64,000 nucleotides of DNA from Octopus sinensis. Lineage: Eukaryota. Position 1 is the first letter of the stretch. Each line of letters opens with the position of its first letter. Below the pieces are notes generated by a model that did not search any database, was not told the origin of the DNA, and saw nothing but the letters and a program-made list of their open reading frames with translations. The DNA lies in contig NC_043008.1 of the NCBI RefSeq assembly GCF_006345805.1, positions 5,828,001-5,892,000 on the forward strand, given 5' to 3'. The translations under genes were made by a program, and so were the position numbers. Below are positions 1 through 13,591 of this stretch, piece after piece.

Positions 1-117
1 TTGGGGCTTTCGGTGTTTTCGCTCAATAAACACGCACAATGCCCGGTCTGGGAATCGAAACTGCGATTCTCCGACTGCGAGTCCGCTGCCCTAACCACTG
101 GGCCATTGCGCCTCCAC
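1..117 (-). mobile_element. tRNA-headed SINE, family C, 5' part (runs off window start)
   Basis: Reverse complement reads GTGGAGGCGCAATGGCCCAGTGGTTAGGGCAGCGGACTCGCAGTCGGAGAATCGCAGTTTCGATTCCCAGACCGGG, with Pol III A-box (TGGCCCAGTGG) and B-box (GTTTCGATTCC). The same head occurs at 28417 and, more diverged, at 37524. Confidence 0.85.
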
Positions 118-417
118 TTAAGTATAAATATATTGATATATTAATAGATCAAACTTACATAAAATACAGACAACAGAAAACATTATGAGTCCAACAACAG
201 TTTCTGGGGGGCTCGGAGATCCATCATAATGTTGGTAGATGTAGATTATCATAATATGCAAGCCGTAATAGAAGCAAATAAACGTTGCATAAATCGGATG
301 CCCGTCATCAGAGTGGAAAAAAATCTTACATTTTAGATTCTGATGCAGAGAAGGCTCAACTTCCAAACATTTGAGCGCTACCAAGTGTTTTCTATACCGA
401 GAATCTCTGGATCTCAT

Positions 418-837
418 CTCTTTTACTCTTTTACTCTTTTAGTTGTTACAGTCATTTGACTGCGGCCATGCTGGAGCACCGCCTTTAGTCGAGCAAATCG
501 ACCCCAGGACTTATTCTTTGTAAGCCTAGTACTTATTCTATCGGTCTCTTTTGCCGAACCGCTAAGTTTTGGGGACATAAACACACCAGCATCGGTTGTC
601 AAGCGATGTTGGGTGGGGGCATATACAGACACACAAACACACACACACATATATATACATATGCACATATACGACAGGCTTCTTTCAGTTTCCGTCTACC
701 AAATCCACTCACAAGGCTCTGGTCGGCCCGAGGCTATATAATTGAAGACACTTGCACAAGGTGCCACGCAGTGGGACTGAACCCGGAGCCATGTGGTTCG
801 TAAGCAAGCTACTTACCACACAGCCACTTCTGCGCCT
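418..837 (-). mobile_element. SINE family A, full length
   Basis: Head AGGCGCAGAAGTGGCTGTGTGGTAAG, core CCTTG(G/T)GCAAGTGTCTT, internal (TA)/(GT) microsatellite and 3' tail ending in (GAGTAAAA)n. About 10 related copies in the window. Confidence 0.9.
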
Positions 838-904
838 ATGTTGACTATATAATAGAAACCTGATACACCTTGTTCCCTCACTTGTCTCTGTCTTTGGTTT
901 TTGT

Positions 905-1508
905 GCGCGGAATTCTGTTTTTGATTCGACGGTCATTCGGAATGCTCACAGCAGCCATATTCCTGCCACTCTATGTCACGCTGGTGAGACCCATATTGGA
1001 GTATGGGATTCAAGCCTCTTCTCCTTATCTCCTCAAAGACATACAGCACCTCGAAAGAGTCCAGAGGCTGGCTACCCGCATGGTTCATGGTCTCAAAAAT
1101 TTGTCCTACGAAGAAAGGCTGAGGACGCTCGACCTTTATTCTCTTGAAAAACGCCGCCGCCGTGGTGATCTCATTCTCGCCCACAACATCATAAGCGGGA
1201 AGTGTAACCTCTCGAAAGAGCTGTTCTTCACTCCTGCTCCGGAGCGTCGGCTGCGGGGTCATTCCAAAAAGCTCTACCTGCGACGATTTCATCTCAATCG
1301 AAGGAGAGGAGCTTTCTCCGTCCGGGTTGCGGATCCGTGGGACAAGCTGCCAGACGAGATGGTGAAGATGCCGACGACCGCTTTGTTCAAAGCCTCCCTG
1401 GACCTCAAGTGGCCTGAACTCTTTACATGAACACCACCCTGTACTTAACTCCATGTCCCCCTACATGGCCTTGCTATTTGCTTTTGAGCCAAATTAACTA
1501 ACTAACTA
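905..1508 (+). mobile_element. 5'-truncated CR1-clade LINE (ORF2 C-terminus, 3' UTR and (TAAC)n tail)
   Basis: ORF 870-1430 contains LYVTLVRPILEYG...LERVQRLATRMV.GL..LSYEERL..L.L.SLEKRR.RGDLI...RGH..KL...FS.RV...W..LP, the typical CR1/L2 post-RT region. Ends in AACTAACTAACTAC. Confidence 0.9.
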
Positions 1509-2072
1509 CATTTGAACCCCCTAACACACACACACAATTAGTGTGTGTGTGTGTGTGTGAGTATGTGTGTGCAAATGGTATTTAGCAAAGAAACAAGAGT
1601 AAATCAATTCGACAAAGCGAGCGAGCAAAACGAGGTAAAAAGTAACACGTTCCTACCATCTCAGCTTGTTCAGTGCTATATTGAGGGAGTTATAATATGT
1701 TACTGTTTACGCAGTGTTGCTTATTCTCTTATTGTAAACAACTGTAAGTTAATGAAGGAAATAATTAGTATTCCTTTGTTATTTATTCTTAACGTCTGGT
1801 TCTAGATTTCGTTGTCGTCTGTATGAGCATCCGGAAGACAGTGTTATTTCGTTACTTCTGACTACCCAAAGGAAGTAACCTTTTAACCAAACGGCAATAC
1901 CGGAAACTCTACATAACAAATTCCAATATATGAGGCAGATAATTCAGAAACAGATTTAGTTTTGTCGTCCGAAAATCTCTTTACTTTGACTGAATATTGT
2001 AACTTGCAAGTTGCTGTGTATTATCACTAGCGAAATAAAATAATATTCATGTATGCATATATGTTTGTATAA

Positions 2073-2074
<2 letters not shown>

Positions 2075-2156
<82 letters not shown>

Positions 2157-2245
2157 CTATCTATCTATCTATCTATTGTCTGTCTGTTGTCTGTCTGTCT
2201 GTCTGCCTGTCTATTATCTATCTATCTATCTATTTATCTATTATG

Positions 2246-2305
<60 letters not shown>

Positions 2306-2383
2306 AGTCTGTCTGTCTGTCTATCTATCTATCTTTTATCTATCTATGTATGTATGTATGATCTATCTATCTATCTATCTATG

Positions 2384-2415
<32 letters not shown>

Positions 2416-2528
2416 GATCTATCTATCTATCTATCTATCTATCAGTCTGTCTGTCTGTCTGTCTGTCTGTCTGTGTGTCTGTCTATCTATCTATCTATCT
2501 ATCTATCTATGATATCTATGTATCTATG

Positions 2529-2572
<44 letters not shown>

Positions 2573-2581
2573 CATCCATCC

Positions 2582-2615
<34 letters not shown>

Positions 2616-2700
2616 ATATCTATCTATCTACCTATCTATATGTCTGTCTATCTTTCTGTCTGTCTGTCCATCTGTCTGTCTGTCTCATCGTCTGTCTATA
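2075..2700. repeat. Compound (TATC)n/(TGTC)n microsatellite, ~630 bp
   Basis: Directly visible. Explains the IYLS ORFs at 2053-2738. Confidence 0.97.
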
Positions 2701-2774
2701 TGATCAGCGAAAGCAGAGCTTCATCCATCGAAAGATAAATATAATTTAATGTACACCATATTTAGAATAAGAGT

Positions 2775-2962
2775 TACTTATAGTTTCTTGCTATGGAGAC
2801 ACTGAGATTAGGCAAGATTTATAAAAGTACCTTGTGTCTCCAAGCAATTCTCAGGCTCGGAGCCTAACTATGTGTCCTGAGCCTGAAGACTGTTTGGAGA
2901 TACAAGTCATGTTATGTAAATCTTTCAAATCTCAGTGCTTCTATGGCAAGAAACTAGAAGTA
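2775..2962. repeat. Imperfect foldback (84-nt arms, 20-nt loop), probable MITE relic
   Basis: 2775-2858 aligns with the reverse complement of 2879-2962 (TACTT.TAGTTTCTTGC...CACTGAGATT...AGATTTA...CTTGT.TCTCCAA.CA...TCAGGCTC). Confidence 0.8.
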
Positions 2963-2976
2963 GCTTTTATTTTAAA

Positions 2977-3755
2977 TACGAGGTAGGGCTGAAAAGTTAA
3001 TAGAGTAATGCTAGAACTGTTAAATTAATGCATGCATTAATTTCAACTCTTCTTATTAATAACTGCATGCTTTCTTTCCAGGTAAACTGGCACCTGACTG
3101 TTCAAAAAATGACTTAAGAAATAACTAGTACCGACTTCTATTGAAAATGGACAAAGTTTGGCGCCCGTAGGGAGGGGGTTTTAACCCCAACGGCATTCAT
3201 GCTGACATCGTTGCTACATTAGGGATGATGCTCCAGCTTTGCCAACCGTGTAAAAGTAGGCAGCTGAATTTAGGAGGGGAAGGGAGAGTGTTGAAGATGA
3301 CCCAAGGTCTGAATGTCCTGCAACTGCCACCACCGAGGAAAGCCTTGATCTTGTTCACCACATTGTGTTGGATGATAGGCGATTGACTATAAATAAAAAT
3401 AGCCAATACTATTAGCATATTCCGTGAGAGAGCTGAGAATATTATGCACAATGGAATTGGCATGACGAAGGCTTTTGCTCGATGGGTGCCACATCTTCTG
3501 ACACCTGATCAAAAGTGCACCAAACTGATTACATCACGGGAGAAATCTGACAATGTTTGGAGCAGATCCAGTTGGTTTCCTTGAATGTTTTCTAACATAG
3601 GATGAATGTTGGTTTCATCATTTGACCCCATCTGACTATCATCTGTTCTCCAACATGAAAATATCACTTTGCTGGGAACCAGTATAGCAGTGATGATGAT
3701 GTCATATCTGCCGTTTATGAGTTTTTGACCAGCATAATGAAAGCTTTTTCACTGA
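2977..3755 (+). mobile_element. Mariner transposon relic, internally deleted and frameshifted
   Basis: Left end TACGAGGTAGGGCTGAAAAGTT. RWVPHLLTPDQK at 3480-3515, then a DYHLFSNMK...YSSDDDVISAV C-terminal motif. Confidence 0.85.
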
Positions 3756-4289
3756 TCAGCCAGTGCACAACGCCTCAAAACAACGAGACCCTGTAGTTCG
3801 AATGCCGGAAGTTATTAAGGATATTCGCCAAAGGATTACAAGAAGTCTAAAGAAGTCAACACGTAAAATGGCGCAGCAGTCTCACATAAGCAGGAGGTCA
3901 TGCCTATGAATGTTGAAAAGTCTAAAGCTGAAGCCATAACGTTTTACATGTGCAGAGCAATTAAAAGTGGATGACAAGAGCAAACGTTTAAATTAATGGA
4001 CCTGGCTTCTAAAAAGCAGTTACAAGCAGTTGAAATAACACAATGGGACTTGCAAATGAAAGGCTGGGCGCTTTTTCGTGTATGTAAATTTATTTTTTAT
4101 TTACACCATGCAACGAAATCCGAGCTACTTTTCATGCTCCACCCTATATATGTGCACATATACTTGCTTAAATGTATATATGTATATATATTGATATAAA
4201 TATACATATACATATACATACGTAAATATGTTTATAAAGATATAGTCTTTCATTGCCATTTTAAGGAAAATTCTAGATGTTTAAGACAT

Positions 4290-4490
4290 ATTCTTTTCTA
4301 CTCTAGGCATAAAGCCCGAAATTTTATGGGGAGGGGAGCCAGTCGATTAGATCGACCCCAGTACGCAACTGGTATTTAATTTATTGGCCCCGAAAGGATG
4401 AAAGGCAAAGTTGACCTCGACGGAATTTGAACTCAGAACATAAAGACAGACATTTCGCCCGGAGTGCTAACGTTTCTGCCAGTTCGCCGC
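4290..4490 (-). mobile_element. SINE family B with tail type 2, flanked by a 17-bp TSD
   Basis: Core GGTCGACTTTGCCTTTCATCCTTTCGGGG and tail GGGC.TT.TGCCTAGAGTAGAAAAGAAT. GATGTTTAAGA(C/T)ATATT at 4276-4292 and 4494-4510. Confidence 0.9.
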
Positions 4491-5123
4491 TTTGATGTTT
4501 AAGATATATTGCAAAGATGCTATTAAATTTGAGTTGAACAGAGTGTGTCTCTAACGCGATGAATAAATGGAAAATGTAGTGGAAAATCAGTTGAGAACTG
4601 AATCTAAAGTTAAAACGGAAATATCTCGTTAGTGAGTTCGTAGAACTTTCATTATGGATCGTTAATTCTATATTTAAAGAAACGCCATTTAGTTAAACAC
4701 TATTAAAACATTTGTACTCAGTTAAAGTCAGGCGGACAATATGGATAATAGTTTCACAGTGAGTACCTCCTGTATAACCAAAAGTCAAAGAGAAAAATAA
4801 TTAATAGAATAATTAAGTTGTATTAATCTAAATTAAATAATTAGTTTAAATATTAGTTTAAACGAATTACTCCGTTTTGACGTTCGACTACGCGGGCGGA
4901 GCACCGTTACGAAACAATTATCTGCGTTTGCATTTTAACTCAACTTATGGTCCATGATGAGCAAATTAATTGAATCTCTTAAAATGTTTAATTAATCCGT
5001 TGTTGCCAGTCAAGAGACTTACCTACGACATCCATAAATTCTACAACACTCTGTCTTGAATTTGACTTTGCTGCATGTCATTATACACATATTCTTCCCA
5101 ATCTAGTATATATATATATTCAT

Positions 5124-5420
5124 CTTTTACTTGTTTCAGTTATTAGAATGCGGCCAGGATGGAGCACCGATTTTAGACGAACGAACCGACCCTTGTAGGT
5201 TTTTTTGTCTGGTATTTATTCTAGCGGTCTCTTTTGCCGAACCGCTATGTTACGGGTCGGTAAACACACTAACACCGGGCACACACTTACACACACACTC
5301 ACACACACACACACCCTCACACATACACATACACGCACGCACACACACATGTATAAGATGGGTTTCTATATGTCGTCGGCACCCTCTCATGTCTGAGTTT
5401 GGTTCATCTGGGGCTTCCAT
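5124..5420 (-). mobile_element. SINE family A, diverged 3' half
   Basis: CTTTTACTTGTTTCAGT...GGAGCACC...CTCTTTTGCCGAACCGCTA matches the family A tail. Confidence 0.75.
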
Positions 5421-5432
5421 GATATACATATA

Positions 5433-5486
<54 letters not shown>

Positions 5487-5487
5487 G

Positions 5488-5532
<45 letters not shown>

Positions 5533-6612
5533 TAATACATGCGTTACATGACTGTTAAAGTCCCTTGGACCTGCTACAGTTCTAGATGGTTGCATAGAGG
5601 CCAAAGGCAACCCGACTTTATCATGGGTTATCATTTTGAAGTTAAATGCAAAAGGTGATTTTTATTCCTACGCATCGGAAACAACGATATATTCCAATGA
5701 GGGAATCTCTCTGTAATACCGTTTATACTTTCACTAATCCCTTAGCCTGTCCGTTTTTGCAGAAACACATCTACTTTACACATTGTTTCTTTGTGAACAA
5801 CTTGGAAATATATACAAAGAATATCAACAGTATAAAGAAAAGCTTTGATTTAGATATGATATTGTCAAGAAATATTTGGCCAGAGTTTGGAAAAAGATAA
5901 AAGTTCTTATAAGTTTATTGAGAAAGAAGCTTATTCAAGAGCGTTTCAGTCAATGTCATCGCAATTTTTACAATATGCTTTGAAGTAAGCTACAAGTAGT
6001 TTACGATGAGTGAACATATTTCTTATGATTAAACCTGTAATCCCAAGAATCAGGGAAAATAACACCAGCATAAAGGAAATTTAGTTCTCGAGACAATAAG
6101 TCGATAAGTACATACAATATGTCGATAACCTACTATGTTCTTTTTTTCTGCACCAGTGCTCATTCAGGCTACTCGCTTGGATGTTAGATGTGAAACCTGA
6201 AAATTCTTTCTCTATTTCAGAAGTTTCCACATCAAATGTGATGTAGACTATTTCTACTTAAAACGAAAATAAATTGGTAGAGACTTAACATCGATATAAA
6301 CACCTTTTGCATATCGCTTATTATATCCTCGACAACATCGACTGAGCACTAAATGTTCAACCATGAACATTTGGGATCAAGTTTGCATTTATATGGCTGG
6401 TAACTTGAGAGGTTGGAAAAGAGCTCCTCATTAAGTATTTCCCGAGTGATAAACAGGGATATGCACCCAGTTAATTTGCACAATTTGCAACAGGTTATCA
6501 GATAATTTGCAACAGGTTATCAGAAGAGATGCTGTATATGTATATCCAGCTTGTTATGCATAGCTACATTCCCCAAAAAGATTCAATATGACAGTAACAT
6601 CGACATAAACAA

Positions 6613-6822
6613 TTACTCTTTTACTCTTTTACTTGTTTCAGTCATTTTGACTGTGGCCATGCTGGAGGACCGCCTTTAGTCGAGCAAATCGACCCCCAGG
6701 ACTTATTCTTTGGAAGCCTAGTACTTATTCTATTGGTCTCTTTTGCCGAACCGCTAAGTTACGGGGACATAAACACACTAGCATCGGTTGTCAAGCAATG
6801 GGGGTGGGGCAAACAAAGACAT
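6613..6822 (-). mobile_element. SINE family A, 3' half
   Basis: Near-identical to 418-610. Confidence 0.9.
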
Positions 6823-6952
6823 GTTCTTCAAATTCCATCGACTTTTACTTTGCCTTCTTTTCGATAAATCAAGAACCAGTGAAACACTGTGGTCGATGTG
6901 ATTGACTAGTCTCCTCCATCCAAATCTGAGACATGGCTTTAGTAGAAATGAC

Positions 6953-7004
<52 letters not shown>

Positions 7005-7025
7005 GTTATTATTATTATTATTATT
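6953..7025. repeat. (ATT)n microsatellite
   Basis: Directly visible. Confidence 0.95.
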
Positions 7026-7034
7026 AGATAGCAG

Positions 7035-7900
7035 GAATGTTGTCTGGGGATTCTCGCAAATACGGAACTTCAGTTTTTTGAACATTGAAAGAAACATTTT
7101 TGTCCTGCTGTAGAAAGGTGCAACACCAAATATATTTCCAATAAAACATTGCACCTGTTTAACAATGCACCAGGTCACCCAGTTAACTTAAATGAACTTT
7201 CTGATAAAGTGAGAGCAGAGTACATCTCCAAGGAAATAACATCTTAGCTCCAGCCAAAAGATTAAATTCTGATAGCTAACTTCAACGAATATTATTTAAG
7301 AAGAATTTTCAAACAAAATCATGAACGCGATTGACAAGAAGAACGAACATACAGTTAGAGTTTTCTGTAAAAATTTCAACATAATGGATGCTGCGCATAG
7401 CATAAGTGAGTCATGGGATGAAGTGAATCCCTCAACTATGAATGGTGTGTGAAGAAATATGGCCAAACTATGTCTGTGACTTTACAACTTTTGGAGAAGT
7501 AGAACGTTTACATCGAATTCGGAAAGATATTACAACACTTGCAAGTGATATAGGTATAAGAAGTCATATAAATTCATGTAGTCGAGTTAATAGTGTTCCA
7601 CGGAGAACGTTTATCTGACGAGAAGCTGATGTAGCTTGGGGGAAAAAAATAATAACAAGCTTAGAATACCGATAAGAATATGGAAATTACACCGACTCTA
7701 CCTAAGTTTACTACAAAAACGTTGCTAAAGGGATGGCACCTATGTGCTAATAACAACTCTAATCGTGAATGTATCATAAAAATTACAAGAGAAGTTTATG
7801 ATGAGCTCAGTTTTTATGCTGAGGTACAAACACTGATAATGCGCGTTAAACATCAAACAATTTTGAAGTTCTTTGCCCCTCAAGCAGTTGTTGATGATGA
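7035..7900 (+). mobile_element. Tigger/pogo-family transposase relic
   Basis: Frameshifted translation FCPAVE...LF-NNAPGHPVNLNELSDKVRAEYI...TS*LQP (NNAPGHP at 7161-7181; cf. DNAPGHP...PNTTSLLQPMDQG), followed by KNFNIMDAAHSISESWDEV..STMNGV. Confidence 0.8.
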
Positions 7901-8324
7901 TGAACTGACTATAAGATGGAAGATAACATCCTTCATCTTCCCACTAACTCTCAGTTCCCCACCACTCTCACATAGAAGTCACAGTCTTTTTGTGGTAAGA
8001 ACGTACCCTATTATGATATTACGCTTCTTATTCATTCCCTGACGTATTACTCTTCAAATGTTTTTTTTTAATGTTTATATATATATCACACAGTGTATGT
8101 TGAGAAATTATTATTTTCGTGAAAGAAAGTGGTTGTGCTCATTGTTTACTGTTGTTGTTGTTGTTGTTGTTGTTATTTGGGGGAAAAAAAAAAGAAATCA
8201 GTCGGAACGCATTATCGCTTTATAACATGAAAATCATCGGGGGAAGTTAATTTCCCGTTACGGGAATTTGCGTTACGATAAGTTTTCAGAAACGAATTAT
8301 TTCCGTAATGCTGTAGGTCCTTGT

Positions 8325-8414
8325 ACATACATACATACATACATACATACACACACCACACACACACACCACACCATATATATATATATAGATATATATA
8401 TATATATTATTATA

Positions 8415-8447
<33 letters not shown>

Positions 8448-8662
8448 ATATAACTATATACTCATATACTATATAATATGTGTGTATATATATAAAATAC
8501 ATACATGTTTATATATGTATGTGTATGTTTATATCTATTTAGTCATTCATTCATTATTTATTTATTATTTATAGGAATCACCTATATATATATTAGAAAT
8601 ATACAAATAAATATATATATGTATATATTTATCTATTTATTCTATTTATTATATATACACAT

Positions 8663-8705
<43 letters not shown>

Positions 8706-8810
8706 ATATATATATATATATATATATAATATATATAATATAGATATATATATATATGTAGATTTGTATATATATATATATATATTATATATATATATGT
8801 ATGTATGTGT
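8325..8810. repeat. (TA)n-dominated low-complexity tract
   Basis: Directly visible. Confidence 0.9.
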
Positions 8811-9343
8811 GTATATTTCTTTTTATTCTTTCTTTTGTCAAACTGTTTTTCTCAGTTATTTTTTCTACTCAATTATATTTCCACTCGTATTTTTTCATGT
8901 ACCAATTTCTCTATACTTTTATTTAGATCTTGTATTCTTTCCATTTATATCTTTTTTTTCTTCCAATTATTCTTCTCTCATTTTCGTACACATTTCGCTG
9001 TGCACATCCCGCTCGTTCATACGAGGTATTCTACAAATAATATACATTTAAAATGAATAAACTTGGAATTATTAATTTCTGTCACCTGTATTATCATCGT
9101 CAAAATACCTAGTAATTCAGGTAAATGAGAGTTAGATATACCTGATGATTGCTTACGCACCCAATTTAATACACTGGAAATAACACATCTAGAATTACTT
9201 GCCACAATCCATACAAGTGTACATAAACACATTTTGTAATAGATCAATCCATCGTATCGTTCTTCATTTATAGAATGGTAACTCTTTTTCCTGATTATTA
9301 TCATTCTAGTCGCGTTGTGACTCTCCTCCGAACGTTCCTAAAA

Positions 9344-9724
9344 TTACTCTTTTACTCTTTTACTTGTTTCAGCCATTTGACTGCGGCCATGCTGGAGCAC
9401 CGCCTTTAGTCGAGCAAATCGACCCCGGGACTTATTCTTTGTAAGCCCAGTACTTATTATATCGTTCTCTTTTGCCGAACCACTAGGTGACGGGGACGTA
9501 AACACACCAGCATCGGGGTACAAACACAGACACGCAAACACACACACAGACACACATACATATAAATATATATACATATATACGACAGGCTTCTTTCAGT
9601 TTGGCATTGGTCGGCCCAGGGCTATAGCAGAAGACACTTGCCCAAGATGCCACGCAGTGGGACTGAACCCGGAACCATGTGGTTGGTTAGCAAGCTACTT
9701 TACCACACAGCCACTCCTGCGCCT
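9344..9724 (-). mobile_element. SINE family A, full length with a small internal deletion
   Basis: Head and (GAGTAAAA)n tail present. Lacks the CCGTCTACCAAATCCACTCACAAGG segment seen at 692-716. Confidence 0.9.
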
Positions 9725-9814
9725 TTTTTTAAATGCTTCTTTTTTTATAAGATTGTTTCATTTACTTCCTCATTCACTTATAAATTGTCATTCATATTCG
9801 TCATTTTACACCCT

Positions 9815-9908
9815 GGTGGCTGTGAGGTAAGAAGTTTGCTTCCCAACCACATGGTTCCGAGTTCTATCTCATTACTTGGCGTTTTGAGCAATGTATTTTG
9901 CTATAGAC
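9815..9908 (+). mobile_element. SINE family A head fragment, diverged
   Basis: GGTGGCTGTGAGGTAAGAAGTTTGCTTCCCAACCACATGGTTCCGAGTTC. Confidence 0.7.
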
Positions 9909-10123
9909 ACGTGGCAATAACCAACGAGAAACATTACTTATTGGAAGCACTAACAGAAACAAAAACCCAAAACAAATAATAAAACTAAACAAAGAAGGAT
10001 AGGATGGAAGGAAGAAGAAGGGAAGAGATGAGAAGAGAAGAAGCAAGATATATTCGGAGATATCAATATGGAAAAGTATCGAAACAATACGATGAGACCA
10101 AGTGTGGTATGAGGTGAAGATAC

Positions 10124-10295
10124 TTCAAATTTCGGCACAAGGCCAGCAAGTGTGGGGAAGGGTGTGAGTCGATTACATCGACTCCAATATTTAACTGGTA
10201 CTTATTTTATCGATTCCGAAAGGATGAAAGGCAAAGTCGACATTCACAGAATTTGAACTCAGAACGGGAAGACAGGCGAAATGTCGCTAAGCAAC
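10124..10295 (-). mobile_element. SINE family B with tail type 3
   Basis: Family B core, plus TTCAAATTTCGGCACAAGGCCAGCAA (reverse complement of tail 3). Confidence 0.85.
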
Positions 10296-10357
10296 TTGAC
10301 TGCTTAGCTTTGGAAATTTGCTATATATTGTTGTATATAACCCTTGATTGACAGCCT

Positions 10358-10973
<616 letters not shown>

Positions 10974-11360
10974 TAATACTAAGCAATTAAGGGTTTAGCA
11001 ACGAATTGCCTCACCACACACCGAATTTAGAAATAGCAGTCAAAGAGTTATATCTATTCTTTCTACTAAAAGGGAGATCTCAGTAAAAACACAGCACTTG
11101 AAAGGCAAACACAGACAGGTAAGAAAGAATGAAATGACGGCAATCTATCATACAATTTTAAGTTACCTACGGACGTACGTTTCGAAATCAAGTTTTAGGA
11201 AAGCATAAGAATTAGAAAATTCTACCTTACCCAAACTTCTTTTCTCATCAGCGTAGGATACTACAATTATGAATAATTGTATATTAAATTTTGAGATACT
11301 AGAAGGCATTATCTCAACTCAGTGTCAGAGCGAGCCAAAGCATTACCAGTACCACACAAC

Positions 11361-11394
<34 letters not shown>

Positions 11395-11395
11395 G

Positions 11396-11606
11396 TGTGT
11401 GTGTCTTTGTGTCTGTGTTTGTGCCCCAAACAACGCTTGGCAACTGGTGTTCCCATAACTTAGCAGTTCAGCAAAAGAGATCGATGAAATAAGTACCAGG
11501 CTTTAAGAAAAAATTACTGAGGTCAATACATTCCAGTATAAATTCTTCAAGTCGGTGCCCCAGCATGGCCGCAGTCTAATGAGTGAAACAAGTAAAAGGT
11601 AAAAGA
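11396..11606 (+). mobile_element. SINE family A 3' half, older subfamily
   Basis: GTGCCCCAGCATGGCCGCAGTCTAATGAGTGAAACAAGTAAAAG tail. Confidence 0.8.
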
Positions 11607-12492
11607 TATAAGATACTAGTTGGAGAATCCATACGCGATATAATGGTTTATATTCAGAGAAAGATATTGAACCTTAACAAATGACTACAGATAGGAACTG
11701 TGTCCAAATTGTGCTCGAGTAGAAAACGGCAACGGAAATTAGGTAAGTTTGTAAAAACCGAATTGTATAAATAAATAAGGAGGAAAAAACGTAGGGTTTA
11801 CAAAATGAAAATAATCGAAGTAATATTTAACGCTAGACAGAGTGAACTATGAGATGAATATTGAACACAATATTTAATGCTGTGTGGGGGAGGGAAATTT
11901 TCCCACACGTCCAATAATAAGAATATTAAAATATTAAATAATGAGGCTCATATGCAGCTAGAAACTTAATAATACGAATGTAATGGCAGTATGAAAAAAA
12001 AAAAAAAAGGCAGAAAAAACGGCCATAAAGATTGAAAAAAAATACTCTAATTATTTGCAAGTCACATAAAATGTATGAAATAGATAAAGAAATGTATAAT
12101 GGGAACAATAAAGTAAGAGGTTGATGGAGAGAATGCCTCCGCCTTGTGAAATTCATGTATAATCATTTGAACGAAAATCTGTTGAGGATTTCTACACAGC
12201 TTTGATTAAAATTCAATGTCTGTTGATGTTTTTGATGTATAAGCAAATGCTATAAACAAGCCCCAACACGTCTCAGATGAGTTATACTTGGGTAATCGTA
12301 TGGAAAAAAAGGTGTTGTTCGATAGCGGTTTCGATAAATGTAGTGTTGAATAGTCAAATTAATCTCTATGAGAAGTATTCCGAGTGAGAATATGAGAATA
12401 TGGGAATATGGGAATATGGGAATATGAAGTTGATGAATGAGGGTGCGTGGGTGAGGTTTATGATTGAATAATAGACTCGAGTATGATAAAAT

Positions 12493-12724
12493 GGCGGCGA
12501 TTAAAGAAACGTTAGCACGCCGGGCGAAATGCGTAGCCGTATTTCGTCTGCCGTTACGTTCTGGGTTCAAATTCCACCGAGGTCGACTTTGCATTTCATC
12601 CTTTCGGGGTCGATTAAGTAAGTACCAGTTACGCACTGGGGTCGATATAATCGACTTAATCCGTTTGTCTGTCCTTGTTTGTCACCTCTGCGTTTAGTCC
12701 CTTGTGGGTAGTAAAGAAATAGGT
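12493..12724 (+). mobile_element. SINE family B with tail type 1, full length
   Basis: GGCGGCG...GTTAGCACGCCGGGCGAAATG head. Tail TAATCCGTTTGTCTGTCCTTGTTTGTC...GTGGGTAGTAAAGAAATAGG. Confidence 0.9.
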
Positions 12725-13283
12725 ATGATGGAAATAATAGTTTTTGAAACAGTTCCAGTGGCTGACATTGTCTGTGTGCGGGCGCAGTGGTAATGAAAAG
12801 TAATGAAATAAAATAAGGGGTAGCAAAAGAAAGGGTTTAGGGAGTGAAATTGGCCATACAAGTGAGAAACCAGCGCATTGTTTACATTGTACACTGAAGG
12901 GCTGTGAATTGGTGGAATCGATAGAGCAGGGATTTTCAAAGTGGTTGGTACCACTTTTGGTACCATCCAGTGTAAGGGACAGCGAAAAATCTTACACAGG
13001 TTCTGGAGGGCAAACGGTGCAGAAGCTAGTGATAGATCCACGTGTACAGGTTTTTTTAGTCCTCGTCTCCTACTTAAATATTGGTTTCAAATTCTGACAC
13101 AAAACCAGCAATTTAGAGAGAAATCCACACACATACACACACATACATACACACACACACACATATATATATGTATATATATGTATGTATATATATATAT
13201 ATGTATACATATATATATGCACACATATATATATATATGCACATATATATATATATATACACATACATATATATACATATATA

Positions 13284-13314
<31 letters not shown>

Positions 13315-13472
13315 AGGAGTGTGGTAAGCAGCTTGCTTACGAACCATATGGTTCCGGGTTCAGTCCCATTGCGTGGCACCTTGGGCAAGTGTCTTCTACT
13401 ATCGCTTCAGGCCGACCAAACCTTTGTGAATGGATTTGGTAGACGGAAACTGAAAGAAGCCCGTCGTATATA

Positions 13473-13526
<54 letters not shown>

Positions 13527-13527
13527 C

Positions 13528-13591
<64 letters not shown>

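Noticed and set aside
1-117. tRNA-like sequence (also at 28417 and 37524)
   Set aside because: A and B boxes are present, but each continues into a SINE body and occurs in diverged copies, so they are not tRNA genes.
933-1454. 173-aa minus-strand ORF
   Set aside because: Antisense shadow of the CR1 ORF2 fragment.
2053-2738. IYLS-repeat ORFs, and similar YIYI, HTHT and CVCV ORFs throughout the window
   Set aside because: Translations of (TATC)n, (TA)n and (CA)n microsatellites.
5646-6000. Protein-like frame THLLYTLFLCEQLGNIYKEY...KKYLARVWKK
   Set aside because: Interrupted by stops and no motif I can name. Probably a decayed mobile element.
7680-8042. 120-aa ORF
   Set aside because: Lies in the C-terminal part of the Tigger relic.
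9017-9337. Minus-strand ORF as a possible paralog of the 18-kb exon and partner of the 14.2-kb signal exon
   Set aside because: Only scattered short resemblances (INEE, IYYKM, CMDC in another frame, FIHF). The available acceptor is phase 0 and comes from the SINE junction.
12900-13030. Possible hAT-like MITE end (CAGGGATTTTCAAAGTGG)
   Set aside because: No matching opposite terminus found.
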